64,000 bases of DNA from Nitrospirota bacterium (GCA_963740085.1 CAVUCU010000005.1:64001-128000); one strand, 5' to 3'; positions 47,622 to 59,407 are shown, counted from the first letter of the stretch. Notes: a model not told the origin generated them from the letters alone. Numbers and translations: made by a program.

Positions 47622-48664
47622 CGTTCAAGACCCCTCTGAAACCGCTCTTCCAAAAGCTTCGATAACATCTTTGAAGTATAATCGACCACCTGAATAACCT
47701 GTTTGTACTGCATCCTCGTGGGGCCAATCACTCCAAGGGTGCCCACGACGTTCGGACTGGCCTTGTAGCTGCTCACCACCATACTGCAACCTTGCATCTC
47801 GAAAAACGTGTTCTCGGAACCGATAAAAACCTTGATGCCCTCAGCCGCAACGCTTCGGTCAAGCAGCCTGAGCAACTTATATTTGTCCTCGAAGGCCTTG
47901 AACAGGGACCTCATCTTGTCAACAGTCGCAAACTCGGGGTTCTCGAGCATCTTGGATGCCCCGCCGATATACACCATTTCGTTTTCTCGATCATGGACCT
48001 CCTGGCTGGCCCTGCAGGTCTCGTCCATCAATTGAGCAAAGACGAGCTTCTCTTCCCGCATCTTCTCAATCAGCCGCTGTCTGATCTCGGTCAGCGACCA
48101 GCGCTCAAGCTCTTCAACCAGATAGGCGCTGAACTGGTTCAAATCCTGCTGCCGAATGCTTTCATCCAGTTCGATCAACTTGTTCTGAACGATCCCCGTG
48201 GCAGTCACGAAAATAATGAGCACCCGACTTCCGTGCAATCGTACAAACTCGATATGCTTATACTTTGCCTCTGGCTCGGATGGTGCGACCACCACCCCGG
48301 CACATTGTGAGAGGGACGCAAGGAAACGGCTCGCCTCCTCCATAAGCTCGTGGAGATCATCGCCATGCAACGGAGGCGCCTGCCGAAGCTGGTCGCCGAA
48401 GTCATCTGCATCCTTCTCGATACTGATCAGGCTGTCGATATAATACCGGTAGCCCAAGTCCGTGGGTATCCTGCCGGCAGAGGTGTGTGGATGGGTCAGA
48501 TACCCCAATTCCTCAAGCTCTGCCATGATATTCCTGAGTGTAGCAGAACTCACCCCGAAATCATACTTCTTGACCAGCACTGTTGAACCCACCGGCGCGC
48601 CGCTCGCAATATAGCTGTCAATGACAGCTTGCAATACCCTCTTGTTTCTTTCCTGGAACTCCAT
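47618..48664 (-). CDS. hrcA: Heat-inducible transcription repressor HrcA
   Basis: SSATLRNIMAELE, PHTSAGRIPT, GVIGPTRM. Confidence 0.97.
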   Translation of the reverse strand: MEFQERNKRVLQAVIDSYIASGAPVGSTVLVKKYDFGVSSATLRNIMAELEELGYLTHPHTSAGRIPTDLGYRYYIDSLISIEKDADDFGDQLRQAPPLHGDDLHELMEEASRFLASLSQCAGVVVAPSEPEAKYKHIEFVRLHGSRVLIIFVTATGIVQNKLIELDESIRQQDLNQFSAYLVEELERWSLTEIRQRLIEKMREEKLVFAQLMDETCRASQEVHDRENEMVYIGGASKMLENPEFATVDKMRSLFKAFEDKYKLLRLLDRSVAAEGIKVFIGSENTFFEMQGCSMVVSSYKASPNVVGTLGVIGPTRMQYKQVIQVVDYTSKMLSKLLEERFQRGLER

Positions 48665-48703
48665 ACAGCATATACCTTCTTATAATATCAATCCAAAAAT
48701 ACA

Positions 48704-48730
48704 TTAGCACTCGCCATAATAGAGTGCTAA
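48704..48730. promoter_or_regulatory. CIRCE operator upstream of hrcA
   Basis: Perfect TTAGCACTC-N9-GAGTGCTAA; promoter TTGACA-17-TAAATT at 48760-48732. Confidence 0.97.
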
Positions 48731-48818
48731 TAATTTAACATATGACCTCTTTTGTGTCAAGCGGTTATTTTTTCCTTTCATTTTATGACTGTATTTTATG
48801 CGTACCTTCAAACGCCCT

Positions 48819-48848
48819 AAAAAAAATCCCGCATAATTTGCGGGATTT
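48819..48848 (-). terminator. Terminator after hsp20
   Basis: AAATCCCGCA-TAATT-TGCGGGATTT with a T-run on the minus strand. Confidence 0.75.
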
Positions 48849-48895
48849 AATGGCCCTCTTCATGAACGGGGCAGGTAAAAGACACAGTACCCCTC

Positions 48896-49405
48896 TTATG
48901 CAGCTTTCTTTGCTTCAGTCTCTATGGCCTTTTTCTCTTCCTTCGGTGCTTCAATCTCGATCTTCCGTGCCCTGGTGATTACCGGAGCAGGCATCGTGAT
49001 CTCGAGAATACCATTCGCGAATTTCGCCTTCAACTCATCGGTTTTCACGCCCTCGGGCAGCACGAAACGTCGCTCGAAAGAACCATAAAGAATCTCCCGG
49101 TATGCATAGTTCTCTTCCTTTGCATCTTTTTCTGACTTCCGTTCACCCTTGATGACAAGATCTCTCTCGGTGATGCTGACATCAAGGTCTTTCGGATCAA
49201 CACCGGGAAGCTCAGCCTTAACTACTAATTTCCCGTCCTTCGTGTAACTCTCAATCGAAGGCATCCAGACCGATGTACGTTCGCCTGGCACCTCTCCGAG
49301 AAATCGATCAAAGAGCCTGTCCATGTCAAACTGCATTGAACGTAAATCTGTAAATGGATCCCACTGTTTCATCCGGAAAGGATCCCACCTTATCAAGCTT
49401 TTCAT
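48896..49405 (-). CDS. Hsp20/alpha-crystallin small heat-shock protein
   Basis: AELPGV, YGSFERRFVLP, AKFANGILEI; start MKSLIRWDPF after GGAGG. Confidence 0.93.
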   Translation of the reverse strand: MKSLIRWDPFRMKQWDPFTDLRSMQFDMDRLFDRFLGEVPGERTSVWMPSIESYTKDGKLVVKAELPGVDPKDLDVSITERDLVIKGERKSEKDAKEENYAYREILYGSFERRFVLPEGVKTDELKAKFANGILEITMPAPVITRARKIEIEAPKEEKKAIETEAKKAA

Positions 49406-49614
49406 AGTAATTCCTCCTCTCCTGAAATATTCACAATCTCCATTTTCGGTATCCTCTCTCAGCCGATGTCTCCACAAACCATGGCCAAAGGCTGGTGAAG
49501 CCCCTGATACCCCAAACAGATTGCTTTGAAGATTGCTGAATAAGAACAACGACTCCCTAAAGTTTATAGCACCTATGTCACCTCCTCGTATTACTTTTTT
49601 CTTTTTGCATGTAA

Positions 49615-49655
49615 AATATACCACCTCTCTGGCACTCTGTCAAGTAGAGTGCCAG
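49615..49655 (-). promoter_or_regulatory. CIRCE-like operator overlapping the hsp20 promoter
   Basis: CTGGCACTC-N9-GAGTGCCAG (49629-49655) with TTGACA in the spacer, 17 bp to TATATT. Confidence 0.88.
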
Positions 49656-49710
49656 AACACATAACATTATGTTTTTAAATACAAATTAAACTGCTTTCTT
49701 TTTAAAACAG

Positions 49711-49741
49711 AAAAGGAGGTAAGAATTTCTTACCTCCTTTT
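49711..49741. terminator. Bidirectional terminator-like hairpin
   Basis: AAAAGGAGGTAAGAA-T-TTCTTACCTCCTTTT. Confidence 0.7.
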
Positions 49742-50189
49742 TGTTTAATTAATTCAGCTGGTTATGTTTATTCTTTAAAATTCTTTTACCGTTTGAATAT
49801 TATCCTCTGTTAGCGAACGCAAATTTGCTGGGCGGCGGATATATAACAGTTTGTCCAATCCTGCGATAATACAGGCATATTTTTTCGAAATATTACGACA
49901 TACCCCAGATAGCTACCCCCGAAATGCTGGATGCCAGAAGACCTCATCAGGCTAATCTGGTCATCATAGTACACAAAATATATCTACTGCCATTTTTATG
50001 GTCTTCACCTACAATTCTGCAGTGCCAATATTGTGACAAGGGCAACAAATAGTGGATGGAGTTTACCCCATTCGGAAAAAACTCTACCAGAAAAGTTTGG
50101 GAAGTGAAAAACTGAAATTATGCTCTTTTCTTAAAATTCTTTGAAATCGCACATCACATAATGTAAGGCATTATTTTTTGTCTTATCAC

Positions 50190-53100
50190 TCAGTGTCCTG
50201 TTTCATTGTCCAAGCGTGAAATAAAACGTCGCCCCTTTGCCGACTTCCCCCTCAGCCCAGACCGTCCCGCCGTGACGGCGAATGATCCGGTCTACGACTG
50301 GCTAGACCGATTCCCGTGCCCTCGAACTCCTTTTCGGAATGGAGGCGATGGAAGGGAAGAAACATCTTCCCGGCATAGGTAGGATTGAACCCTGCTCCAT
50401 TGTCTTTGACGAAATAAACGGTCTTCCCGTCTTTTGGGGTGGCACCGAACTCGATGCGCGCATTCTCAGTATGTGAAGTAAATTTCCATGCGTTATCAAG
50501 CAGGTTTGTAAGCACAACCTTCATTAGGTTGGGATCTACAACGGCTCTCAGTCCTTCAGCGATAACCACCTCAATGTTTCTCGCAGAAAAGGCATCACGT
50601 AAGCCGCTCACGACGACGGACGCCAGATAGCTCAGATCATAATCTATACGATCGAGATCGTGCAACGAAATACGCGACAACCGCAGGAGATCTACGATGA
50701 GTTGGTTCATCTTATCCGAGCCACGATTAATGCGGGAAAGATAGTCTCTGCCTTGCGCATCGAGCTTGTCTGAATAATCCTCATATAGGCTTTTGGAGAA
50801 TCCCGATATTGTTCGAAGTGGCGCCCGCAAGTCATGCGAGACGGTATAGGTGAAGGCTTGAAGCTCTTTGTTGAGAGAATTCAGTTCAGCGACTTGGTGA
50901 TTCAATTGCTCGTTAAGCGCTAATATCTGTTGCTCGGCTTTATTGCGCCCGGTGATGTCGCGTTCCGTCGTAGCAAAAGCCTCCATAATCTTCCCGGCTG
51001 CGTTCAAAACTGGCGTGGCGGTCAGCCAGATATCCAATATACGGCCGTCCTTCGCAATGCGCTGAGTCTCGAAAGAAGAAACAGTTTCCCCGGCAGCCAG
51101 CCTTCGGAACAGGTCGGTGGTTTCGGCAATTTTGTCGGGAGGCGTCATGTCGCGGATGTTCATCTGCAATGCCTCGGCCTCGCTCCACCCGTACATATCC
51201 CTCGCGCCCCGGTTCCACGTCAGGATTTTGCCTTTCAGATCGAACAGAAGGACCGCATCATTGGAATCCATCAAAACCGTGGCTAACCTGCGGGTCTGCT
51301 TCTCTGCCCGCATCACTCGGGTTATGTCGCTGAAGGTAACAATCACGCCGTCTATCTCACCCCTCTGCGTGCGATACGGCAAGACGCGCACCAGGTAGTG
51401 CGATCCGTCGGCATGCCGCACTTCCCGTTCGATAACGTCTCCCCCCGCCGCGACGGCGCGGGCATCCGACGGCAGGTCGAAGTCGGTGAAATTCAGCGAC
51501 AGGTCGTTGATCGGCCGGCCCGTGTCCGAGGGGATCAGCTTCAAGACCCGTGTGGTCGCGGGAGTGAAGAGCTTGATTCGCAGCTCGCCGTCCAGAAATA
51601 GCGTGGCGATCTCCGTGGATTTCAGGAAATTGGCCATGTCACTGTTGGCCGCGTCCAATTTCTCGACCTTCTCCTGGAGCTGACTGTTTACAATGCTCAA
51701 TTCCTCATTGACCGACTGCAATTCCTCTTTGGAGGTCTCCAGCTCTTCAACCGTGGACTGCAGTTCCTCGTTGGTGGAGACCACTTCCTCGTTGGAGACG
51801 CGAAGTTCTTCATTGGACGCCTGGAATTCCCCGATAGTTGCCTGGAGTTCCTGCCGTGTGGCCCGGAGTTCATCTTCGAGTTGTTTCACCGCTGTTTCGC
51901 TTCTCGCCGCTTTGGATCTGTTCGGCCGTCGGGATCGAGGGGCGGGGAATATCCTCGAAGATCACGGCAAGCAGCGGTGCTTCAGCACTCCGCTGCGGCA
52001 CGGGCGCGATGGTGACGCGAACGAACGTGCTGCCTTCATCACGCGTGATCGGAACGCTGTCCAGCATGACTGTCTTGCCATCCTGGATCGCCTTGTGCAA
52101 TGCAGACCGCAGTCTTGTGGAAAGCCCTTCCTTGGCCATGCCCAGCAGGTTCAGGCTGGGCTCGGCCGTGGGCATATTGAGATACTTGCCGGTGTGACCG
52201 TGGAACTGGAGGATCTGTCCCTTACGGTCAACCAATACGACGGCGGCCGCAAAATGATTCAGGATTGTCTGACGGATTATGTCCGCAAACGCGGCCACCG
52301 GAGGTTTGATTGCTGCTGATACTGCGGGTGGCAGCACTCTCTTCTTTCCGGGCACAATCGGTGAATCCAGGATGATAGGGCGGGCCGGGATAAGACGGCG
52401 AAAAAGCCTCGCCTTCTTCGAGACAACATCGAACAGGTCGTTCTGGCCGCCGATCCCCTCCGACTTGCCCAGGAACAGATATCCGCCGGAATTGAGCGCG
52501 AAGTTGAAAAGCGGAATGAGTTTAGTCTGCGTTTCGGCATCCAGATAGATGAGGAGATTGCGGCAGCTGATGATGTCCATTTTTGAAAAGGGAGGGTCGG
52601 TAATCAGGTTTTGGACGGCGAAGACCACAGACTTGCGGACTGGCTCGGTAACTTGATAGCCCCGGTCATTTCTGATAAAGAACTTCGACAGGCGTTCGGG
52701 CGCCACGTCTACAGCAATGCTCTCGGGGTAGATGCCCTGTCGGGCGAATTCCAGTGCCTCCTCATCAATGTCAGTCGCAAACACCTGCACGGGGCAGTTT
52801 TTGCGGGCCGCAGTGACTTCCTCCATCAGTAATATAGCCAGGGAATACGCTTCCTCGCCGGACGCACAGCCTGCAACCCAGACTCGGAGTGGCTCGTCGG
52901 ACTGTTTGGCCCGAACCAGCGGAGCAATGACCGCCTGACGGAGTTCCTCGAACACTTCCGCATCCCGGAAGAATGAAGTGACGTTGATGAGCAAATCCTT
53001 GAATAACTCGTTTACCTCACCAGTGTCCTGCCGAAGCCGGTCATAATACCGGGCCAGGTCCGGTATTCGGTGAAGGCCCATGCGGCGTTCGATGCGTCTG

Positions 53101-53906
53101 ACGATGGTGCTCTTCTTGTAGCATCTGAAATCACTGCCCTTTTGAGCAAGCACCAGGGATAGAATGTCCTGAAGACCTCCGGGTTTTCCCTCGGCCTCAA
53201 GGACAGCTGCCGGCACTCCACCCCTGACATAAGGATGCTGAAGGTAATTGAGGAGAGCCTCGGGCATTCGGTCCGGCGGAAGGACAAAATCCACCATCCC
53301 TGTAGCGACCGCGTTGCGAGGCATATCGTTGAATTGGGCAGTCTGCGGGTCCTGCGCGATGGCCAGACCTCCGGCGCCGCGGATTGCCCGGACCCCCAGG
53401 GTCCCGTCCGAACCGGCTCCGGAGAAGAGAATGCAGATCGCCCGTTCCTGTTGGTCCTCCGCCAATGAGCGAAAGAAAAAGTCGATGGGCATCCGAATGC
53501 TGTCATGGGTGACAGGCTCGGTCAGATACAAGACTCCCTCGCGGCTCTGAAGGTATTTATTAGGCGGAATGACGTAGACGTAGTTGGGCTCAACCGGCAA
53601 TGTATCGCGGGCCTGAACGACCCTCATGCGCGTGTACTGGGCCAGGATTTCTGCTAGCAGGCTCTCGTGCATCGGAGCCAGATGCTGAATAACGACGAAG
53701 GCGGCCCCACTGTCGGCGGGCATGGTCGTGAAGAAAGTTTTAAAGGCTTCCAGAGAGCCCGCAGATCCGCCCATCCCGATCACCGGGATTGCCGAAGGGT
53801 TGTCGGCTGCTCCAGTATCTTCCTGATCAGGTTCGGTCGTCTTGTGAGATCCATCTCCATCCAGGGGTGCGGCCGACTGTTCCCGCTGTTTAATTTTTTT
53901 TGTCAT
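50190..53906 (-). CDS. CheB/CheR-PAS-histidine kinase fusion (frameshifts near 51880 and 50300)
   Basis: [30 protein letters not shown] heptads, [23 protein letters not shown]; ORFs 51870..53906 and 50252..51889. Confidence 0.88.
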
Positions 53907-54157
53907 ATATTATTCGTTGATGCGGACGATAAAATCGTGATGATCTAAAAACAGAATGACTCTTCAACATATCAAAAAAAAGAGCGATATAATACATCTG
54001 TTCGAGACCGCATCGTCGGCTATTGCGAGCTACACTCCAAGCGGACTTCAGCAGGAAGAAGTCTATTCTTTTCTAAATTCATTGTCAATGGAAGAGAATA
54101 GGATGTTGAATGGGTATTCTTAGACATAGACGCTAACGAATTCAGAAGAAAGTTTTT

Positions 54158-56566
54158 TTACAACTTTGGGAAATCATCCACCCGGATCACCTCAGCGCGG
54201 GCAGCCAAAGCTAGACGCAAAATTTCCGCCTCGGCCACTGTCACTACCCCTGCCCTGGCCCCCTCATCAAGCAGCAGGGCATCGGGTTGCTCCTTCAATT
54301 TGCCGGTCCGCACCGCATCCCGCAGTTTTTTCTCCACCGGCTCAGCGGCGATGACTTTGGGCAGCGCGTCTTCCAGCCGGCCCAGCGGCTCTGTCAAACT
54401 CTTGGGGAGAAACAGCCCGGCTGTCAAACGGTCCCTTACTTGGGACGGTTCAAGCAGGATGCCTGCAACCCGGTGACCAAGACGGTCACTCGGTCCGGAA
54501 TAGGGCCGGCCGAGCGGGAAAACGAGCAGTCTGAGAAGCCAGGCCGCAGGGCGATTCGGGAAGTTGCGCAGGAGGCCGGCGAAACTCTCCTGGATGGAAA
54601 CAAGGATCTCTTCGCAGGCCCATTTGACCAGCGGCCATTCATCCTGCGGCCGGTGCCGGTCCTCATATAGCTTGAGCACGGCCGACAACAGGTAGAGATT
54701 GCTGAGGATGTCCGCCAAACGGCCGGAGAGCTTTTCCTTGCGCTTCAAATTCCCGCCTAAAAGCATCAGTGCCGCATCGGCGGTCAGGGCAAAAGCTGCG
54801 CTCAGACGGGTGGCCTTCTGGAAATACCGGCGGGCCGGCCCGCCAGGGACTCTGGCCAGCCGTCCGCCGGTCAGTCCCAGGAAAAGAGTCCGCGCCGCGT
54901 TGCTGATGAAGAAGCCGATGTGGCCAAACAGTGCCCGGTCGAAAAGCGTCAACCCCTTCCGTTGGTCCGGGTCAGCCGCCGCCCGCATCTCTTGCTGAAT
55001 ATACGGATGGCAGCGAATGGCACCTTGGCCGAATATGATCATGGAACGGGTCAAGATATTGGCCCCTTCTACCGTGATCCCGATCGGCGCCGACTGATAG
55101 ATCCGGCCGAGAAAGTTGCGCGGGCCAAGGATGATACCGCCACCACCCTGCACATCCATGCCGTCATTGACTACTCTGCGCATCCGTTCGGTCAGATGAT
55201 ATTTGACGATGGCGGTGATCACCGCCGGTTTCCTGCCTTGGTCGATGGCGCCGCAGGTCATGATCCGCGCTGCATCCATCAGGTAGGTGGTGCCTCCGAT
55301 CCTGGCCAGTGGCTCTTCGATCCCCTCAAAGCGGCCGATGGGAAGTTTGAACTGCTTTCGGATCCGTGCATGAGCACCGATGGCGCGGGAAGTCAGTTTA
55401 CCTGCGCCGGTGCTGAGGGCGGGCAGTGAGATGCCACGGCCGGTAGCGAGGGTCTCCATGAGCATCCGCCATCCCTTTCCGGCCATAGTATCGCCACCGA
55501 TTATAAAATCGATCGGGATGAACACATCCTTGCCCCAGGTGGGACCATTCTGAAACGGAATGCCGAGAGGATCGTGACGAGTGCCGATGGTGATGCCGGA
55601 AAGTTTTGCGGGGACCAGGGCGCAGGTGATGCCGATATCCTCCTTGTCGCCAAGGAGATGGTCGGGATCATGCAGCCTGAAGGCCAACCCGATAATGGTC
55701 GCAACCGGCCCGAGGGTGATGTATCGTTTTCCCCAGTTGAGCCGGATCCCGAGCGTCTCTTTCCCCTCGAACGCCCCATGGCAGACGATGCCAATATCGG
55801 GAACGGACGCGGCGTCGCTTCCCGCCTCGGGCCCGGTCAGGGCAAAGCAAGGGACTTCTTCCCCCTTGGCAAGCCGCGGCAGATAGAGATTTTTTTGTTG
55901 TTGCGTGCCGTAATGCAGCAGCAGTTCGGCGGGGCCAAGGGAGTTGGGGACCATCACGGTCACTGCGGCAGTGATGCTGCGGCTGGAGATCTTCATGATC
56001 ACCTGCGAATGAGCCAAGGCCGAGAACTGCAGCCCGCCGTACTCCTTCGGTATGATCATGCCGAAAAAGCCCCTGTCCTTGATGAATTTCCAGACCTCCA
56101 GCGGCAGGTCGTGCAGTTCGTTACAGATCTTCCAGTCATCGAGCATCAGGCAAAGCTCTTCCACCGGTCCATCGAGGAATGCCTGCTCTTCCAGCGTCAG
56201 TGCAGGCGCGGGTTCGGCCAGAAGTTTTTGCCAATTCGGCCGGCCACTGAAGAGTTCTCCGTCCCACCATACGGTGCCGGCTTCAAGTGCTTCCCGTTCT
56301 GTCTGGGACATGGGGGGGAGCAATTTTCGGAACAGGCCAAGCAGCGGTCTGCTCAGGAGCATACGGCGGAGCGGCATAACATTCAAGATCGCCGCAGCCA
56401 GCATGAAGATCAACCAGACAAGCATGTTTCCCCGGCCTGCAACGGCTAAATACCCCAGGAATGCCGCAACCACAGTGGTCCAGACCCAGAGCTTAACACG
56501 GAAATATGCCAATAACCAGACCAGCGAAAGCAACAGAACAACCGCCATAACGCCCTCTTTTGTCAT
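54158..56566 (-). CDS. fadE: Acyl-CoA dehydrogenase, long FadE type
   Basis: VMVPNSLGPAELL, CFALTGPEAGSDA, ITVEGANILTR. Confidence 0.92.
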   Translation of the reverse strand: MTKEGVMAVVLLLSLVWLLAYFRVKLWVWTTVVAAFLGYLAVAGRGNMLVWLIFMLAAAILNVMPLRRMLLSRPLLGLFRKLLPPMSQTEREALEAGTVWWDGELFSGRPNWQKLLAEPAPALTLEEQAFLDGPVEELCLMLDDWKICNELHDLPLEVWKFIKDRGFFGMIIPKEYGGLQFSALAHSQVIMKISSRSITAAVTVMVPNSLGPAELLLHYGTQQQKNLYLPRLAKGEEVPCFALTGPEAGSDAASVPDIGIVCHGAFEGKETLGIRLNWGKRYITLGPVATIIGLAFRLHDPDHLLGDKEDIGITCALVPAKLSGITIGTRHDPLGIPFQNGPTWGKDVFIPIDFIIGGDTMAGKGWRMLMETLATGRGISLPALSTGAGKLTSRAIGAHARIRKQFKLPIGRFEGIEEPLARIGGTTYLMDAARIMTCGAIDQGRKPAVITAIVKYHLTERMRRVVNDGMDVQGGGGIILGPRNFLGRIYQSAPIGITVEGANILTRSMIIFGQGAIRCHPYIQQEMRAAADPDQRKGLTLFDRALFGHIGFFISNAARTLFLGLTGGRLARVPGGPARRYFQKATRLSAAFALTADAALMLLGGNLKRKEKLSGRLADILSNLYLLSAVLKLYEDRHRPQDEWPLVKWACEEILVSIQESFAGLLRNFPNRPAAWLLRLLVFPLGRPYSGPSDRLGHRVAGILLEPSQVRDRLTAGLFLPKSLTEPLGRLEDALPKVIAAEPVEKKLRDAVRTGKLKEQPDALLLDEGARAGVVTVAEAEILRLALAARAEVIRVDDFPKL

Positions 56567-56844
56567 GCTAGAATACGATTCTTTGACATTATCTTAAAAT
56601 AAAAGTCAATCCATTCGGAAGAGATGAAGATATTGATTACTGCGCAAAGTATGCAATTTTCATAAAACGTAACTGTTGCGGAGTTCAGGAAGTACATTGC
56701 GAATGAGCTTTCGTTTCGAATTTATTCTTCTTCAGCATTCAGCCGCTTTGAAGAGGCCCCTCCATGGTCCATCGTAATCACTCCATTGTCAAATGGAACT
56801 CGGAGGTCGATTCTTCTGGACCGCAGAAAGGAGCTGCCGGTAAA

Positions 56845-57666
56845 TCATCCTTTCCCCTCGACAAGGCTCTGCCAGGTATGACGACTAAGAAATGAGCCCT
56901 CGATATTACCTTCCATCTCGTCAAACATGGCGAGCGGAACGGCAAAGGTCATCAGGTTCGGGGCGAGCTGCCTGTTTATGTGTACGCGCGCTGAAAGATC
57001 GGTAAGTCCCACGACCGCACGCTGTTTGCTGTTCTTCGCCTCACGGTAAGGGAAGATACCAAGCGTCTGACACCCGGCTGCATACGGTATGATGACGCTG
57101 TCACTCTCTTCCCGTCCGTAATTGGCGAGAATGACCAGGGCCGAGAGCTGATCGGGGTCCGCAAAGAAAATGATCGTCTCGGGGGATTCCTTTGCCCGGT
57201 CAACTTCGGAAAGCGGCTTGAAGACAACATACTTCGCAGCGATATCGACAATCGGCAGATTGGCGACGAACTTCCGAACGAGGTCGGGACTCTTCAGGTA
57301 GCGTTCACCATGGACAAAGTTATCGTATGCTTCCTTCCGCAGGAACGGCTTCACTTGTTCTGCGGTCTGTCTGCCTGTTTCCCACGCATCGTTTCCCGAA
57401 GAGAGAAAATAACAGAAGCCCTCTTCTCCGCCCGCAAAATTCTGATATTCGTTCCCGAAGCCGACGCCGACGCCTCCGCCCGGACAGCCAAACGTCTTTC
57501 GGTCGCATACTGCGGTCCTGCCCTTTGCCGCCGACGCGACGAGCCACATCACGCATCCCCATTTGCCCTCGATGAACTGCATCGCGTCCTCTGGCCTTTC
57601 GTCCGACCACAGAAGCGCTACCGGCCGAAACTTCAATTTCAAGGCTTTTGCTATTGCGCTGTCCAT
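56845..57666 (-). CDS. DUF169 family protein
   Basis: WGCVM, FGCPGG, DPDQLSALVILANY, AAGCQ. Confidence 0.8.
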   Translation of the reverse strand: MDSAIAKALKLKFRPVALLWSDERPEDAMQFIEGKWGCVMWLVASAAKGRTAVCDRKTFGCPGGGVGVGFGNEYQNFAGGEEGFCYFLSSGNDAWETGRQTAEQVKPFLRKEAYDNFVHGERYLKSPDLVRKFVANLPIVDIAAKYVVFKPLSEVDRAKESPETIIFFADPDQLSALVILANYGREESDSVIIPYAAGCQTLGIFPYREAKNSKQRAVVGLTDLSARVHINRQLAPNLMTFAVPLAMFDEMEGNIEGSFLSRHTWQSLVEGKG

Positions 57667-58190
57667 TATTTTTTTACAGATTTCGGTCGAGCCTCGATCG
57701 GAATCCTGTTGGGAATCTTGGTTTTTCTCACTTTTCTGCCGATGCTCTTGTTCCTTCGCTTCTTATGGGCACGGCGCAACAAGTTGATCATCTCCAACCG
57801 GCTAGGGTTCTGGGGATGATAGATGTACTGATAGATAGCCTCATGGTTGACCGAGTAGCCTGGGTGATCTATCCGAATCCGTCCGGAGATCTGTTCCGGC
57901 GACCAGCCCTGTTCGAGGCCGTCCATTACGTACTGCCGGATGAAGTCGTTCTTTAATCGCTCGTGGGTATTGGCCGTGATCTTTCGTTCACAGGCCCGAG
58001 CGTGTGCTCGGCAGGGCGTATAACGCCGGTATTCAGGTGCTGAGTTCCGAGCAAGTTCTCGGGAGATTGTGCCTTTGTTTCTACCCAGTGTTTTTGCGAT
58101 ATCTCCGAGACTGTAACCTTCTGAGAGCAGACCCGCAATTTGTTCTCTCTCGGGCTGGGTCAACTGCTTATAGGATTTCGCCTCCCATTT
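57666..58190 (-). pseudogene. IS30-family transposase N-terminal fragment (HTH only, no DDE domain)
   Basis: YKQLTQPERE..IAKTLGRNKGTISRELARN, WSPEQISGR, HEAIYQYIY; ends at IEARP. Confidence 0.85.
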
Positions 58191-58395
58191 TCTGACAAAG
58201 ACACAACAATGAACCTGATTCACCTCTTGATTCAATCGGCACACAAAATAGCTGAAATATGCGGGAACCTTTAGCTCATACACGGATATTATTCCTGATC
58301 CCGGGGTCTGTCAACAGACTATTTCGGCTGTACAGAGCGATTCGAGTTTACTTTTCTCTTTTTATTCGTTCTGGCTTTACGATAAAATCAGCGCC

Positions 58396-59025
58396 ATGAA
58401 TTTCGAGTCTATTATTATTGCCATGAACGAACTTCTGGCAAAGAAACAACCTCAGACATTTAATCGTTCATGGGTACGTGAAAATGCCCCTTGCGTCTAT
58501 CGTTACATTCAAAAGGAAATCAGAAATGAACATGGCGGCATAGACTGGGATCGAATTACCCGTGCCTTAAACCCAAAGTTTCAAAAGCGGTGGATCGGTT
58601 CACTTCGCAAGAAGGCAAAGCCGTATCGAAATAAGACCGAGGTCGATATTATTCTTCAACAATACAGCACTAAGATTTATACCTTCATTTCTTCGGAAAA
58701 CAAGAATGACGAATATATACGGGACATCATCAGCATTGCGCTTGTGAGAATTGCTCAAAAGGGGAATATTTCAGCCAAGCAGGAGCTTATCAAGCTGCTT
58801 AGCTTCACGATTGATGACTGGATCGTAAGATATCCGAATTTATGCAGATGGAGGGGATATGAGCACTTGCTTCAAAAGCGGCTTGAGTGCTGCATACGTT
58901 GTTATCGATATTCCGGGTCGTTCATGCGTTACGTCTTCAAAACACTTGAATATGCTGCCCGAGGTTTAAAGCCGCTGATTGCTTATTCTCTGGACGACGC
59001 CAGATATTCAGGAAAGTGGCGCTGA
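58396..59025 (+). CDS. Hypothetical protein (209 aa), C-terminal half weakly sigma70-like
   Basis: Clean AT-rich ORF; similarity judged by eye only. Confidence 0.7.
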   Translation: MNFESIIIAMNELLAKKQPQTFNRSWVRENAPCVYRYIQKEIRNEHGGIDWDRITRALNPKFQKRWIGSLRKKAKPYRNKTEVDIILQQYSTKIYTFISSENKNDEYIRDIISIALVRIAQKGNISAKQELIKLLSFTIDDWIVRYPNLCRWRGYEHLLQKRLECCIRCYRYSGSFMRYVFKTLEYAARGLKPLIAYSLDDARYSGKWR

Positions 59026-59407
59026 GTGAAGAGGCCCATAGTTCACACAATTTTTAGATGTAGCCCTATGTCAAGTTCTTTAGACCTGAGCACGAGAATG
59101 TTCTTCGCATTGTTCCCCTCTGCGGTTTTTGTAAAAATTGATGCAGCGTTGTGACCTCGACTTGGTCAACAACCTTGTAGCATTCAATTCCGCTTTGAGC
59201 CATATAATAGTTTGTCCAGTCGTTTGAATTACTGTCGGTTCTTACAGCGAGATTACATTTCAAAATACCCCAAAAACTACCCCAACTTATGAATGCTGGA
59301 AAACAAAAAAAGAGCTAAATCCTTTAAGGACTTAGCTCTGGTCTCGCACCTGAGTTCGATGGAGAATTTTGGGGAAATAAAAATATAACTGCAAAATCAA
59401 TTAGTTA

